A DNA stretch of 64,000 nucleotides, from contig OX597820.1 of NCBI GenBank assembly GCA_951406725.2, positions 74,834,001 to 74,898,000 on the forward strand, in the 5' to 3' direction. Below, in pieces: positions 15,068-29,243 of this stretch; positions within the stretch are counted from its first letter, which is position 1; the number at the start of each line of letters is the position of its first letter. The DNA is from Octopus vulgaris (Eukaryota). The notes under the pieces are model-generated. The model saw nothing but the letters and a program-made list of their open reading frames with translations, was not told the DNA's origin and searched no databases. A program made the translations under genes and the position numbers.

Positions 15068-16130
15068 GGGAGAGAGAGAGAGAGAGTGGGCGAGAAAAAG
15101 AAAGAGAGTGGATTACGACTGAAAGCAAAAGAACATTCAACACGTTTTCTACGGCTTATAGTTTATATGGGTGTATGCATACATATACATGCACACACAC
15201 ATAACTCCCCCCCCACACACATATGTATATGCACACCCATATACATATTTATACAGGTACATATGAATATATGTATATTATGTATGTCTGTATATGTATA
15301 CATACATCCTTATGTATATTTGTATATATATGTATACATACAACCTTATGTATATTTGTATATATATGTGTGCGTATGTATGCATGTCAGTGTGTTTGTG
15401 TGTGCATCCCGATGTCCTAGTTACGGAAGACAATGTGCTGAAATAATTCCATACCATCGACGAAGAAATCAAACCTAGTGACATTATAGTTCACGTCTTG
15501 TATGTATTTCAAAATATACGATCAACGTTTTATTCAGACAATAGCTCTAAAAATGCTGACACACAAATGCAGAAAGCATGCATTGATGCGTCAGCATGAC
15601 ACCATACTGAGAGAAGAAAGAACAATCTCTTTATAGATGTAGGTTATGCATTGCACCGTAGGTGATCAGTATTCAACACGTTGTTACAATAAGAAAATTT
15701 CAGCTACAAGACACAGCATTTGCTCTATAATTACCACATTAATAAGCATTAGGAAAGACAATTGAAAATCAAAATATATAATTTAGTCACTTCCTTAAAC
15801 GTAGATTCATTGTAATTAGGATAAAGAAATTCATACTCACAGCATAACTGATTTCTATTTCTGGGCACTCAGTAATCGAAAACAATTGTCATGATATATG
15901 ATTTAACTAAAATTCTCCAACAAACATGCAATTTCAGTTAGTATTCAGTCGATCATTTCGTGTATATACGTAATCCGTGTTCTTTTTATTTTGTATGACA
16001 ATGTTTCTTAAATCTTAGTTTTGTCTTCAATGTTTCAAGCTAGGCCATAGTGGGACACTGCATTTAATTTTCATCTGATAACTAGCAGTATTGCCCTGCT
16101 CGTGCGCTCGTGCGTTCTATGCACGCGCGA

Positions 16131-16230
16131 NNNNNNNNNNNNNNNNNNNNNNNNNNNNNNNNNNNNNNNNNNNNNNNNNNNNNNNNNNNNNNNNNNNNNN
16201 NNNNNNNNNNNNNNNNNNNNNNNNNNNNNN
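16131..16230. other. Assembly gap (100 N)
   Basis: Run of N. Confidence 1.
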
Positions 16231-16399
16231 ATTATAAAACGTGAAAAATCTTTGAATTTCATTGATTAATACATTCTTGCGACTTGTTCTCCACCACTAG
16301 GTCCAGTTTGTTATGCTTTAGCGTCTGATCTGTTTGGATTGGGAAATCCTAGAGGATTTTGTCAGTCTCCAACTCCACCGCTCTCTGCGCTTTATGCTC

Positions 16400-17120
16400 A
16401 TACCACACTTTATGCACGATTAAAAGACAAAACGCATTTTTTCTTGATGACCTCTGACAACTATGTTCTGTCTGTTAGCCATGATCTCTCTGTCTTTGTA
16501 TATTGGCATATCCCAGGGTATGGCTGCTTTATCATTTTCTGAAGCCTTTTATGGGGTGTGCCAATACCATCATTTTTCTATTGTTATTCTTTCGTGTTGG
16601 CAGAGCTTCCAGTGTATGAAGGTCTTCATGTCTGTGTGGATACATTCTTTCATATCAAGATCTGGCCACCAGAGACAATATGATTTATTGCTTCTTGCCC
16701 TTCAGCACATATTCTGCAGCTACTTACCGTATTTTTGTTCATTATGATTTTCTTGTGGTTCCTGGTGGTTTCTGGTGATTTCTGGTGGAGAGGCTTTGAT
16801 CTTGGGCTGCAATTAAAAATCCTTTAGTCTCTGCTTCTTAACCATTGTTGGGATTTTTCTTTCTCTGTAGCTTATCTCAATATTTGCCACGTGAGGGCTT
16901 TTCTTGCCATCATTTTTTAAAGAGTATTTTATTTTGCAGTTTTAGTTTGGATTTCAGTTGTTTTACAGCTTTTGCTGTTTCATATTTTCTTTATTGTTGT
17001 CAGGTATTTTGATTACATTCTCGTATTTTCGGCTTCCTATTTGTACCAGTTTTCTTTTGTTCTGTGTTAAATGTTTCTGTAATCTTAAGGTGGTTATTTT
17101 GTAGTAGTTTTCTAGTTGTA
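16400..17120 (-). mobile_element. Dong/R4-clade LINE fragment (post-RT, zinc-knuckle and RLE region)
   Basis: EAETKGFLIAAQDQSL, IHWKLCQ, WDMPIYKDREIMANR. Confidence 0.8.
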
Positions 17121-17122
17121 TA

Positions 17123-17295
17123 AGGTATTAAGTCGATTACATCGACCCCAGTGCGTAACTGGTACTTAATTTATTGACCCCGAAAGGATGAAAGGCAAAA
17201 TCGACCTCGGTGGAATTTGAACTCAGAACGTAACGGCAGACGAAATACCGTTAAGAATTTTGCCCGGCGTGCTAACGCTTCTGCTAGCTCACTGC
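17123..17295 (-). mobile_element. SINE family B
   Basis: Near-consensus copy. Confidence 0.88.
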
Positions 17296-19599
17296 GTTGC
17301 TTTCCTCATCTAAAGACCAAATCTCTACTATTACCACCAGCGCCGACAGTCTAAAGCAACAACAACAACAAAACAATTGCAACAAAACTAAAAAGTGAAC
17401 GGCCGCCTTCACCACCAACACAGCAATGAACAGCGGCAACAGTAACAGCAATTTCAACGAAAGCAAAATTAAATAAAAGCGGCAGCAACATCAAAACGAC
17501 AAAATAATTGAAAATATGCACGACGAAATAAAAACAAAAAAATCAGTAACAAAACGTACCTAGACATAATACGAACAAAAGGATCACAACCACCACCACC
17601 ACCACCACCACCTGAATTAACCACTACCGCCACCACACACCATTTGTAAAAAGAACGCTGCGACGAACAAACTACAGTTAGCGATTTTGCTAAATTGGTT
17701 CGGTCAGGTGATGTAGGCTCTTTATCTTAGTAAAATTTGTAAAATGGGAAACGCTGCCAAAGACGATTTGGACTTATTACATCTTTAAACATAGGACATA
17801 GGACAAAAAAGTCCAGGTAGACACACCCACAGAGTATCGTTTCACTCCTTGTTCCTTCTTTTTTTTCCCGCACTCTAAATTGATAAAGAGCTCACCCAAA
17901 ATGTTAATCTAGCCTGTTTCCTATTTTTCTTTCTGTATACTATTCACTGTGCTCAACTTTTTTGGTCGATTTTTCTTTCTTGTACATTTTCTGCACTACC
18001 ATTTGAATTTTTATCTCGCTGTTGTTACCTCTTACGTTGTCTGACTCTATCTCTTATTACCCTCATTCTATTTGTGCTGTTACACACTCACATACATACA
18101 CACTCACATGCTCACGCACGTACACATACATATAAGTAATCGTGTCTTTAACAGAAAACGCCATTCAAAATAAATGAGAACGGAACTATAGAATCGTTAT
18201 TCTATCAGACAACTTGCGTTGCAGCATTGAGCTCCGACTTCTTATGTTCTTAGATGAAATTGCACCGAGGTCAATTTGTCTTCATTATTCTGCGATCAAT
18301 AAAATAAAAATATTTTGTAAAGAACTGAGATTCATTTATATTGCTATAAAGCATCCTAGATGTGAATAGAATTATATTAGGAGAAAATACCTCAGTGAGG
18401 GTAAATTGTGACGTTATGATGTTGTGATTTGGTTGTAGTGTACGATCAGATTTACTCCAATTAAGTGGTACATGATCGAAGTCAACAGAGCTTTATAAAT
18501 ATTTTGGCTTACTCCTTATATAGAGGGTAATACTCCACAATTCCCTTTTAAGGAGACAGAGTGCAATTTGAAGGAAATTTGAATGAATTTTATTTTAAAA
18601 GCTCGATCTCCTACACAGCTATCATATGTCTGTGTCCCTATTCGTTTCTCCGTTTGTGTGACTCTCTCTGTGTCTCTTCCTCAAAAGTTCAATGTACGAA
18701 AGCTCGTTCCCGAGCCATTAGCTCATAAGGCCCATATCCCAGATGCTGAGGCATATATCTTTTACCAACTATTTTACCAACAACTGTGGCGTATATCTTT
18801 TACCACTCTCGGCTGGACGACAGTCTGTCGTAGGATTACTCGTTTTTGCAAGCTGAATGGACTGGGTTGTATGAAAGTAAGTGTTTTGCTCAAGGACATA
18901 GCGCATCATCTGTTCCAGGAATCGAAACCACAATCTTACAATCATGAGAGCAACACCGTAATTACTAAGTCATGCGCATCCACCTCTCTCTCTTTCTCTT
19001 TCATTGGCTCATTTTATTCATAGTAAAATCAATCGAGTGGAAAGTGTTTCGTCTCACCCTACCAACTAAAGTATGCTTGATTTTAAATTCAGTGTAAAAC
19101 TGAAATTCAAATTTCTCCTTGCCAATTTGCCAATAATTATATTCAGCTAGACTGACTGCTTCCCTTGAAAATTTAATGTCATTACCATGGACACACTAAG
19201 CACCAATGAATGTAATATCAGTCGTTATCTGTGAGTGACATTTTGATAAGCTCTATATTCATCTATCTGCCATTCTACAGAAATGTTTAAACGTATGTAT
19301 TAAAATTAGTCTCTTGACGAATCTCATATTTTCTACACCTAATTTCAATAACATTAAGTATATATTAAGTACATATCATTAAGTATATGTCACATTAAAT
19401 ATATATCGCAAACATTTTCCTTCAGCTATGTTGTGTGACATACATTATGGCAAAATGTGCCTATGAATGTGAAGTAACGTTGACACATTAATCTGTAACT
19501 AAAATGAAAATCTTATCAACTGTCTCATTCTCTGCGGAAAATTTCTTACAATTAAGTTGTTGATTTATTGGTTTTCTGATAATTTTTTCTGTCTTCAAC

Positions 19600-21010
19600 A
19601 AATGTATTAATTGCCTTTTCTTATCTTGACGTCAGCTTGCTTTTAGTAACAAATTTATTTTCTTCTATTTATTTCATCAGAAATCTTTCTGGCCTTTTGA
19701 TCTGATTGCAGAAGCGTCTCTGACTACATAATGAAATCATTACCAAGATACACCAGATATTTTATTTTATTTTATTTTTATTTCCAAATTTTATGTTGCT
19801 GCTTTTGCTTTTCCTTCTGACATTGCTACAACTTCACATATATGAACAGAATTGTATTGTAGTATTCTTTACTTGTTATTCAATACAACATTCTAAGTGC
19901 ACATCTTACTTCATGTGATGTTATGCTTTGCTTTTAAATATTTTATGCCGTTCAGTCCATGCAATAGTGTAATCTGTTACTATCAGACGTTAGTTTTTGA
20001 TAATTTTTGCTCATTTATTTTTTATTCTATCAGAATTTCCAGTAAACTTCCTTTCTTCTCAGACATGCAGTCCAATATCGTTACCGAATTTTCATATGAG
20101 TTTACAAATGCTGGTTGGTAATATATAATATTATTGGATATACATTCATGTAACGTATTTGATATTCCCAAATATAAATTGCTCTCATGCATAAGATAAT
20201 CCTTTGGGGTTGAGGTGTTCCTTGATGTCTTTTGTATTGATCAAGATGATGCCAAGATATTTATTGGCTTCATTATTCAAAAACCGTAACTTTTGCTTAT
20301 CAGATATGAATGCACTGGATCTTCTAAATTTGCTTTCGTTTGATCCCTACCCAACATATATTTGCCCCTAAAGTCATACAATTATCTCGGCAAATACTAC
20401 AACAAATGTGACTCAAACTTTACATTTAGCACGTTATTCAGAATCTGTAGCAGATGTTTGATGCTGTCGACTCTTTAAGTGTGTAGACGCCATTAAATCT
20501 CTACCGCTGACACTGTCTCAATCCCAGATATATTTCAAATGATAGATTTCTAGATGGCCATCAAGATATTCCCTGCTTTTACTGCATTTGCATGATCGTT
20601 TTTAAGAATTCGTGGATTAAATGCTATGAATCATAGAATGAATATGGTCAATTGAAGTCATACCATATCGTTATCATAATATATTTATCTGCGATAAAGA
20701 ATTGTTAGTCACTCATGATTTATTTCTGATCTTTTCACCTTTCTTTTACGTCATTATCAGTCCTTCCGTAGCGGGAACGTACGTTGTGATATTTACAAGT
20801 TTGAAACTATTACGAATCCGACATCATTCTTCAGGTTTGTTCTATAAAAACAGACTGGAATTTCTTCAATAAAGTTATTTTATGCAATCAATGATTACTT
20901 GATAATTATTTTCATAGACTCAGCTTCTCTTACGCTCATATTTCAGATTCTATTACCTTCGCAACTATTTTAGCAAACCAAAGTGCGTTTTGTTATATTT
21001 TATTTGCATA
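19600..21010 (-). mobile_element. Highly decayed non-LTR reverse transcriptase remnant
   Basis: NKYLGII (KYLG motif) near 20245-20270 and FFIADK near 20690. Confidence 0.4.
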
Positions 21011-21173
21011 CCACTTTCTCATAAAATATACGTAACATCCATAAAATCTTTTAAATTTCATCCATTTTTATTAAATATGGATGCGTCAACGATGTTGGAA
21101 ACCGATAGATAGTATAAAAAATATCATTTAAGTTATATTGTGAGCTGTGTTTTCTTCATATATATTATATATA

Positions 21174-21304
<131 letters not shown>

Positions 21305-21779
21305 TAGATATAGATGGTGGTGGCTGCCCTTCGTTATCGAGTATGGCTATTGCACGAAGCTTAATCAATGTTGTTATCGTGCAATGCCTGTGCAAGAATA
21401 ATTTTTTTAAAGTGAGGAAAGGCTGTTCACTAAATCAATCCCACTCACTAAGCAACAGCAGCCATAATCCTAAAAGAAGAACACGTCAACGCGGTAACCA
21501 CTGAGCCGCAAGTTTTATGTTGGAGTTATCCCAGGGGTAGAATTCACAAAAAAAAGACAAAGACAGGTGGTGTAGACAACAAACAGATGTATTAGTATAA
21601 CGCTCGGGAAGAGAGCGTTATACTAATATATACCTATATATATATATATATAAAGATAGATAGATAGATATATGTATGTATATAAACACACCCACATAAA
21701 TACACACACTTCCATATGCATGCACTCACATAAACATAGAGCACTTCTTGATAAAATTTTGAATATATTCTGAATTCTC

Positions 21780-22323
21780 TTGACACGGTTTGGATACAAA
21801 AAACGTTGTTTAATAATAAATAGTTATTTTGAAATATTTCTTGTCAGTATGAATTCGTATGTCAAGAAGATATATTACAGACAGTAAAGCGGATGTGAGC
21901 AGCTACGCTAAGCAATATGTTCTGCTTTTTTCGACTCAAATTTTGTCATAAATGCAAAGATTCAGATAAACTAGCGTGGCAAATGTATTTAAAAACCAGC
22001 TGTTACAAACAACAATAGTAAACGCTTCGGATACTTTTTCTTTTTATTTATGTCAATCATTTCTTTGCGGCCATGCTGGGATACCGATTTGAAGTGTTTG
22101 GTCCAGTGGTTTTCAACCATTTTTGTTTATTGTTTTTTTTATTCATGATCCATTTTGATTACTGGTCGTAATGAATGGGGAAAGCGTGGTTTGCAATGTT
22201 TGCAGTCGTGTATGCATGCCCAGAGAAGGACCAATTTGCTACCAACGGAGCTGCAAATGCAAAATATAAGTCAGCAATGGTCTTCCTCGGTCACGACTGG
22301 GCGGCCATCATACGTATGTATGC

Positions 22324-22402
<79 letters not shown>

Positions 22403-22842
22403 ACATTGACGTTGACCTAGTTTCTCTCACCAAATAGTAGTAATTGGCATTTGTTAGTGGCAACTGCTGTCTTCAACATGAATTATTTTATGGTATTCTG
22501 AAACCGCCTTTACCCCATTTCTACAATTAAAAAAATCTTTATTACTTCTAACCTTATAGCAGTTTAGGAACAGCCATATCTTGGTCAGTCAGCGGAAGGA
22601 CTTCACTACCTCATATGTTCTTAAAATTTGAATCTACATCTTTGTCTATATATCTACCTTCTTTATAATTTTGCCACTTGATTTGAAAACTTTTGTATTA
22701 ATGGAAAACCTAAATATTTGGCTGATGAGTACTCAGCATCTTAAATCTGATGTAATACTTACAACATTCAATAAATTGATGGAGTACGAAACGATTGTAT
22801 CAAATTATTGGAGTCATTCTTGTTGCTTATTTTGAGTGTATA

Positions 22843-22899
<57 letters not shown>

Positions 22900-22945
22900 G
22901 TTTATATATATATGTATATATATATATATGTATATATATATGTTT

Positions 22946-23043
<98 letters not shown>

Positions 23044-24190
23044 TGTAATAGTTAATCAAGTTTCTTTCAGGAGTACAAGAAACACATTTAGTAAGGAAGG
23101 TCGGGAGCTGATTACACTCACAGATACTTTCTTTTTACCGACAGGTGATGGTTGAAAGCGAAAGTGAAATTCGGCGACAGGATTTGAACACATAACATAA
23201 AGAGCAAAAACTAAATACCTAAGTGCATTTTATCTGATGGTCTACTATTCTGCCGATCCAGCAACATATTTGATATTGATCCTCCGTTTTCTACATCTAT
23301 ATCGATATTTGCAACAACATATTGCACTTGTCATCGGATTTTCCAGCAAAGGAATTATTCCCACGATGCAGTCACACTTGTCATCATATTTTAATATAGA
23401 AATTAAACACTAAGTTATTCTTTCCCTTACGGCGTAAGAATACTGGCTTTAAGCATTTGTAGACCCAGATAAATTCTTTTATTCAATAAGCCATTTACTG
23501 TATTCGCGAATCAATTCAACTGACTGCAAAAAAATTGACCCTAGGCTTATTGAAAGTATATTTTTTCATTTAGGGAATTATCGCTGGATATTTTTCAGAA
23601 ATATTGGAAAATTTCATTCTTTGAATATTCTTCCGATCAAATGCTCACAGAAATAATTTGATTAGCTTGTTGAAGCGTTAATCACTCTTAGAGTAGTGCT
23701 ATATTTCCTACAGATAGAAGTAACATTTTATTTCTTTCGCTCAAAGCATGAGAGATTTTGAAACTACTGATCTAGTTTTATGGTATTTTCGATGCATTGG
23801 CATTGAAATATCTACTTAGAACTGATAGTTGAATTGTTATCTGGCTCTTCTTGTTGGTGTTTAGCCTCAAGTTAGCTCTCATAAACAGATATGTAGGCAA
23901 TGGCATTCAAATTCTAACAATCCACTATCATCGTATACTGCGGTTTATATAGTTATAATGTGTACTAATGTAGCATTCAAATTGTGACCATTGCATTTTG
24001 TTTTCTAGAAAGACTGTACATTCATCCAATTTATCCATTTTTAGTGCGGGAAGAGCTGAGGGAAAAAGTGGTTGATAATTCTAATGAAAAAGAAAAATGG
24101 AAAAACTCCGCATAAATTTTCTCTCGTTGGCCTCTTATTTGTATCTTTTTTTTTAATGGCTGAAACATATCAAGCTATTGAATTGAACTC
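21780..24190 (+). pseudogene. Tentative EVE: haemagglutinin-like, fragmented
   Basis: SSNWHLLV (NETWDLFV), CSHTCHH..KLNTKLFF (CNTKCQT..INTSLPF), fusion-peptide-like GIIAGYF at 23574-23594 (GAIAGFI), FETTDLVLWYF (VEDTKIDLWSY), TM-like LSLASYLYL (STVASSLVL). Spacing is imperfect and 23850-24000 overlaps a host repeat. Confidence 0.33.
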
Positions 24191-24229
24191 GAATAAATTG
24201 ATAATTATCATGATTATAAGTTCCAGATT

Positions 24230-24990
24230 ATTCTGACAAGAAGTGTGGCAGAGAAGAGATCAAAATGTCGTCAAAGATGTTTGCAAACTGATGATACAAA
24301 AGATTGGACTGGAAACATGAACCTGGTGGACTGTATGCATGCCGCACAATACAAAAGGACCTGGAGGGTCTTGGCGAACCGAAACCTGGACACAGAGAAG
24401 AAACTTGGTTGATAAGTATTATTACAAGGAGGATAACATTTATAATGGTCTTAAGGATAAAGTCAAATGGTATCTTCCCAAAACACAATAAGTCATGGTA
24501 TGTACCAATGTTAAAAATATTTTGGCACTTTAACATATAAAACCGATGGTGTGGTAGAACACAGAAGGCCATATATTCTAGTCCTGTATAAAAGAAGATA
24601 GAAAACTTGACAGTATTGTCAGAGAAGTCCCCGGAGACCAGCACAAAAGGAAGAGGAAAATGTGACCATATTAAAACGGACTGAGAAGTGAAAAATATAT
24701 GGGACTTAAAGGAAACGAGTGTAACTGCGATAGTGATTGGTGCATTCAGAATAGTGGCAACCAATCGTAAATCATTGTTAGGTAATATGCAAACCAAAAG
24801 AAGTATGGAGCTGTTGCGGAAAGACATGGGGCTCGGGACAGCACGGTTCACAAGAAGATTCCTTGTGACCTAAGCTTGCTGTTTGTAGCTTGATCTCAAG
24901 GATGAATTATTTTGATTCAGTACTTTCAAAGCATGATGACTGAGTAATGATAATGATGATAAGTAACTAACTAATAAACAATAACAACAA
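24230..24990 (+). mobile_element. Dong/R4 LINE 3' fragment
   Basis: IWDLKETSVTAIVIGAF..LLRKDMGLGTARFTRRFL*. Ends in AAT/AAC repeats. Confidence 0.75.
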
Positions 24991-25308
24991 CAACAACAAC
25001 AATCATTCCATTTATAAGGACAAGCCCTGATATTTTTGGGGAGACGACCAGTCGACTTCATCTACCCCCGATACATGACTAGTACTCATTCCATCAACCC
25101 CGAAGGGATGAAAGGCAAATTCGACCTCGTCTGTATTTGATTTCAAGACGTAATGTACAATGATAAGCAAGTCGATTCTATGTACATTATTTTCGACGGA
25201 CATTTGTCTTCATCCTGTTTGTTAACACAAAGTTTTGGTTGATATACTCTCCAGCCTTCTTCAAGTGTGTTAAGGTATTTTTCGATGTTGTTGTTATTAT
25301 TATTATTA

Positions 25309-25360
<52 letters not shown>

Positions 25361-25460
25361 ACAGGCCACTACGCCATATGCCCGTGGGCATATGGTGAGG
25401 TGGTTAAGAGCGCGGGCTATCAACCCCAAGATTTCGAGTTCGATTCCAAGCAGTGACCTG

Positions 25461-25577
<117 letters not shown>

Positions 25578-25595
25578 AATAATAATAATAATATG

Positions 25596-25974
25596 AAGAA
25601 AATATAAAGACCTACTCATTGAAATTGAGAAAATGTGACATCTCAAGGCGGTTACAATACCAGTGATCGTAGGAGCACTAGGAATGATCAAGAAGGGAAC
25701 CGAAAATTATATGAGAATGATCCCTGGCTTACCATCCCTGCAAGAAGTGCAAAAGATTGTCTTAACTGGTACATCACACGTATTGAGAAGAGCATTGTCG
25801 ATGTGAGAACTGTTGCTGCTCATGTATTTTAATTTAACTTAAAAAAAAAAAAAATTAACGAACTATTGAGTTTGGTTTAATGGCCTACCAATGTATACTA
25901 TGAGTTTCTTTGCCCTAGGAGTCAGGAAGACACTCGGCAAGAAATGGAAGCAAATTTGAAAGAAGAAAAAAAAA

Positions 25975-25975
<1 letters not shown>
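25596..25975 (+). mobile_element. Dong/R4 LINE 3' end inserted in (AAT)n
   Basis: RKYKDLLIEIEKM*HLKAVTIPVIVGALGMIKK..LQEVQKIVLTGTSHVLRRALSM*. Flanked by AAT repeats. Confidence 0.85.
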
Positions 25976-26038
<63 letters not shown>

Positions 26039-26106
26039 TAATAACAATAATAATAACATCGAAAAATACCTTAAGAACGAGAACCCAGGTTTGAAATTTC
26101 CCTAAA

Positions 26107-26150
26107 ACACCTGAAGATGGCTGGAGGGTATATCAGTCGAAACGTTGTGG
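26107..26150 (+). ncRNA. Minimal type I hammerhead ribozyme
   Basis: acac-CTGAAGA-t-ggctg(gagggtatat)cagtc-GAAAC-GTT-gtg. Helix III is the palindrome AACGTT. Confidence 0.7.
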
Positions 26151-26270
26151 TAACACAAACAAGATGAGGAAAAATATCTGTCGAATGTAAGTAATGTAAG
26201 TAATGTACATAATTCCTCATCTCTTAAATATAGAACTGTAAAATCGATTTCGTTTTTTTTGAGCAATTGA

Positions 26271-26458
26271 AAGGCGGCGAGCTGGTAGAATCTTTAGCAC
26301 GCTGGACGAAATGTTTAGTAGTATTTCGTTCTGAGTTCAAACTCCACCGAAGTCGAGTTCTGGGTCGATAAAGTCAGTACCAGTTTTGCACTAATGTCGA
26401 TCATATCGACCAACCCTTTCCCCCCAAAATTTCAGGCCTTGTGCCTATAGTAGAACGA
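26271..26458 (+). mobile_element. SINE family B, internally deleted
   Basis: AGGCGGCGAGCTGG head and GGCCTTGTGCCTATAGTAGAA tail. Confidence 0.8.
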
Positions 26459-26477
26459 ATACTTTTGAGCGACTGAT

Positions 26478-26790
26478 ATCCGTGGGCAAAATATCTCAGG
26501 AACCGCTTGATGGATTCGGATGAAATTTTCAGAGATGTTTGGCCTTGTGACTGACAGGAACTGATTAGATTTTGGGATCAATCCGGTACCGGACAGGGAT
26601 TCTGGATTATTTTTTCCTGTTTTTTTAACTTTATTTTTGAGAGTGGTCGGGTACATTTTTAGTATCTTCGTTGGTGAGAGCATTCGAGTTTATTTCAGAT
26701 ATTCTCATTCTAAAAATAATCTCCGGCTAATCATTGAGACGACATTGGTGTTGCCTTGGTGGAGGTTTGAACTCTCTGAGTGCCCTTGTT
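26478..26790 (+). mobile_element. Helentron-associated (HINE/DINE-like) element, 3' part
   Basis: Subterminal CCTTGGTGGAGG followed by a small 3' hairpin (ACTCTCTGAGT). Confidence 0.5.
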
Positions 26791-26798
26791 GTTGTTGC

Positions 26799-26915
<117 letters not shown>

Positions 26916-26928
26916 CATTTTTATTATT

Positions 26929-27079
26929 AGGCGTAGGAGTGGTTGTGTGGTTAGTAGCTTACTCACCAACAACATGGTTCCGGGTTCAGTCCCCTTGAGC
27001 AAGTGTCTCCTAGTATGGTCTCGGTCCGACCAATCTCTTGTGAGTGGATTTGGTAGACGGGAACTGAAAGAAAACCGTC

Positions 27080-27138
<59 letters not shown>

Positions 27139-27141
27139 TAC

Positions 27142-27216
<75 letters not shown>

Positions 27217-27695
27217 CATATATACATATATATACATATATATATACATATATATACATATATATATATATATGTCTATATATATATGTATATTGTTTTT
27301 CCTTGTCCTGTCTTTTACTGTTTATAATTTGTACTGTCGTTACTGTCCTGTTTTTGTTACCATTTTTTCCCCCTCTGCGAAAAGATCTCACAATTTCAAT
27401 TGATTTGCTTTTCGCAGGAAGGAAAGTTTCTTGTCGAAGATACGTCTCGCTTTCACCTTCGAAACGTAGAGTAGATGAAACCATAGCGTCTGAAGAAGGG
27501 TTTTTTCTTTGTGTTAATTGTCCTGTAATCTATTTTTTTTTAAATGTCCAGTTCGTTGGGTTTGTGTCTATGTTTTCGTTTCTCATTGTGTTCGACGTCT
27601 TTTTGGTGTCCTGTACTCCTATATGCGTGTATATGTACATGTAGAGGTAGGTGCGTACATATATATTTATATATATGCATATGTTTTATTTATTA

Positions 27696-27730
<35 letters not shown>

Positions 27731-27908
27731 CATATGTTTGTGTGTCTGTGTTTGTCCCACCAACATCGCTTGACAACCGATAACTTAGCAAAAGTGACCG
27801 ATAGAATAAGTACTAGGCTTACAAAGAATAAGTCCTGGGGTTGATTTACTCGACTAAAGGCGGTGCTCCAGCATGACCGCAGTCAAATGGCTGAAATAAG
27901 TAAAAGAG
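26929..27908 (+). mobile_element. SINE family A with a Penelope-like fragment (27295-27660) inserted in its (TA)n
   Basis: Head 26929-27082, tail 27735-27908. Confidence 0.85.
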
Positions 27909-27959
27909 GGAAGAGTATTATTATTACTATTGTTGTTGTTGTTTTTTTGTTTTTTTTGT

Positions 27960-28743
27960 CGACCTCGTCGTTGTTAATATGAGTATCAAATATGAAAATG
28001 GCGCAGAACAATACAAGCGAAAGTAATTTCTCTGTTTGCGCCAAAGAAATATGTAAACCGTCCCCATCCCCGTTACAGACTCCACGCTTTATCACCCATC
28101 AACTCTGCTACATTTGATGTTGGTGCCAGCGCTGTTGATATTCACTCTGTTTACGCAATCTGTCTGTACACTTAAGGTTGTTGCATAGCTTATAGCAGCA
28201 CGTAATAACAGGTAGGCTAGAGATCAAACCTTCCTTGAAATGTAAGAGCGTGCAAATTGTAACACTGAATAGTTGGAGGTGTCCTGTTATAAATACTTCT
28301 ACAGTGGAAATTCTTGTTTTGAATATATTTCCTCCGGTGCCACCAGCGCGATCGTTTCGCTGTTAAAATAAGATCATAAACGTTGGTCTTTGCACATTGG
28401 ACGTATTTCTAGGTTTATCATCATAAATTCGCTCGGCGTTGATTTCAAACGAAGGTCTACCTCATAAAATGTCTATCAATTGGATAAAGTTAGGATAACT
28501 GACTGTCTGTGTTTTATTGGTATGGTGATGCGTTGACACTAAAAGCGAAAATGATAAAAAAAAGTAATACAATGAAAAATTGGAGGAAAAACAGAGAAAA
28601 GAAGACAGAAAACAAAAAAAATAACCAGCATATACCAATAAAAAAATAATCAAATGGTGACAAAAAATGAAAAATACAAAAATAAGAGAAATGAAACATG
28701 ATCGAGAAAAGGGGAAGTTTGCTACGTATAGAATATACACCAT
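27960..28743 (-). pseudogene. Putative EVE: neuraminidase-like N-terminal half (signal anchor, stalk, first blades)
   Basis: Hydrophobic N-terminus (ORF 28462..28743), then a stalk-like stretch with NKT/NTS sequons. A mostly open frame of about 180 codons follows: KTRISTVEVFIT (SIRIGSKGDVFVI), KAWS at 28079-28090 (VAWS, frameshifted), DGDGLHISL (DGKAWLHVCV), IFDTH (ITDTI). Confidence 0.45.
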
Positions 28744-28859
28744 TCACTGCATAATGTTAGATTGTATGTAGAGACCATTTTACACGGGTGGATATATCTT
28801 TGTTTCTCACTGTATTTATGCGTGTATATACATAACATTCTCGCATATACATATATAAT

Positions 28860-29243
28860 ATACGAGCATGTTCAAGATATAGTCTTTTGGGGAACAATAG
28901 GTGTGTATGTATGTATGTATCTATCTGTCTGTCTCTCTATTTCTCACTCATTCTCTCCCTCTCTCACCCCTTACTCTCTCTCTCTCTCTGTATATATATA
29001 TGTATATATATATATATATAAACATGTTCATGAATTTGTGTTGCAAGATTCCTGATGCGAAGTCGTGTGTTGAAACAGAGAATGGAATGAGCAGAGCAAG
29101 AGTACACGCTAAGACGATAAATGCTGGTGAGAAGGTCAAAGATGTGTAATGAAAGATTTCCAGATAACGGACATGAGTTAGAATAAGAACAGTAATAAAC
29201 AAATGAAGAAAGAATATGTTTTTTTTTGGGGCATCCCGAAATA
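28860..29243 (+). mobile_element. Tc1/mariner transposase 3' remnant
   Basis: DIVFWG motif, NGHELE* terminus and a TIR-like TTTTGGGGCATCCCG end. Confidence 0.45.

Noticed and set aside
23850-24000. YVGNGIQI / HSNCDHC as HA2 motifs
   Set aside because: The nucleotides resemble a host repeat also seen near 56085-56131 and 57660-57730. The match may be coincidental, which shows the false-positive risk of by-eye alignment.
25385-25460. Functional tRNA gene
   Set aside because: Poor acceptor stem, and it is attached to a repeat body, so it is a SINE head. The same applies to the other tRNA-like heads.
28440-28480. LIDIL*GRP as an HA1 motif
   Set aside because: The downstream motifs in the same frame fit neuraminidase better.
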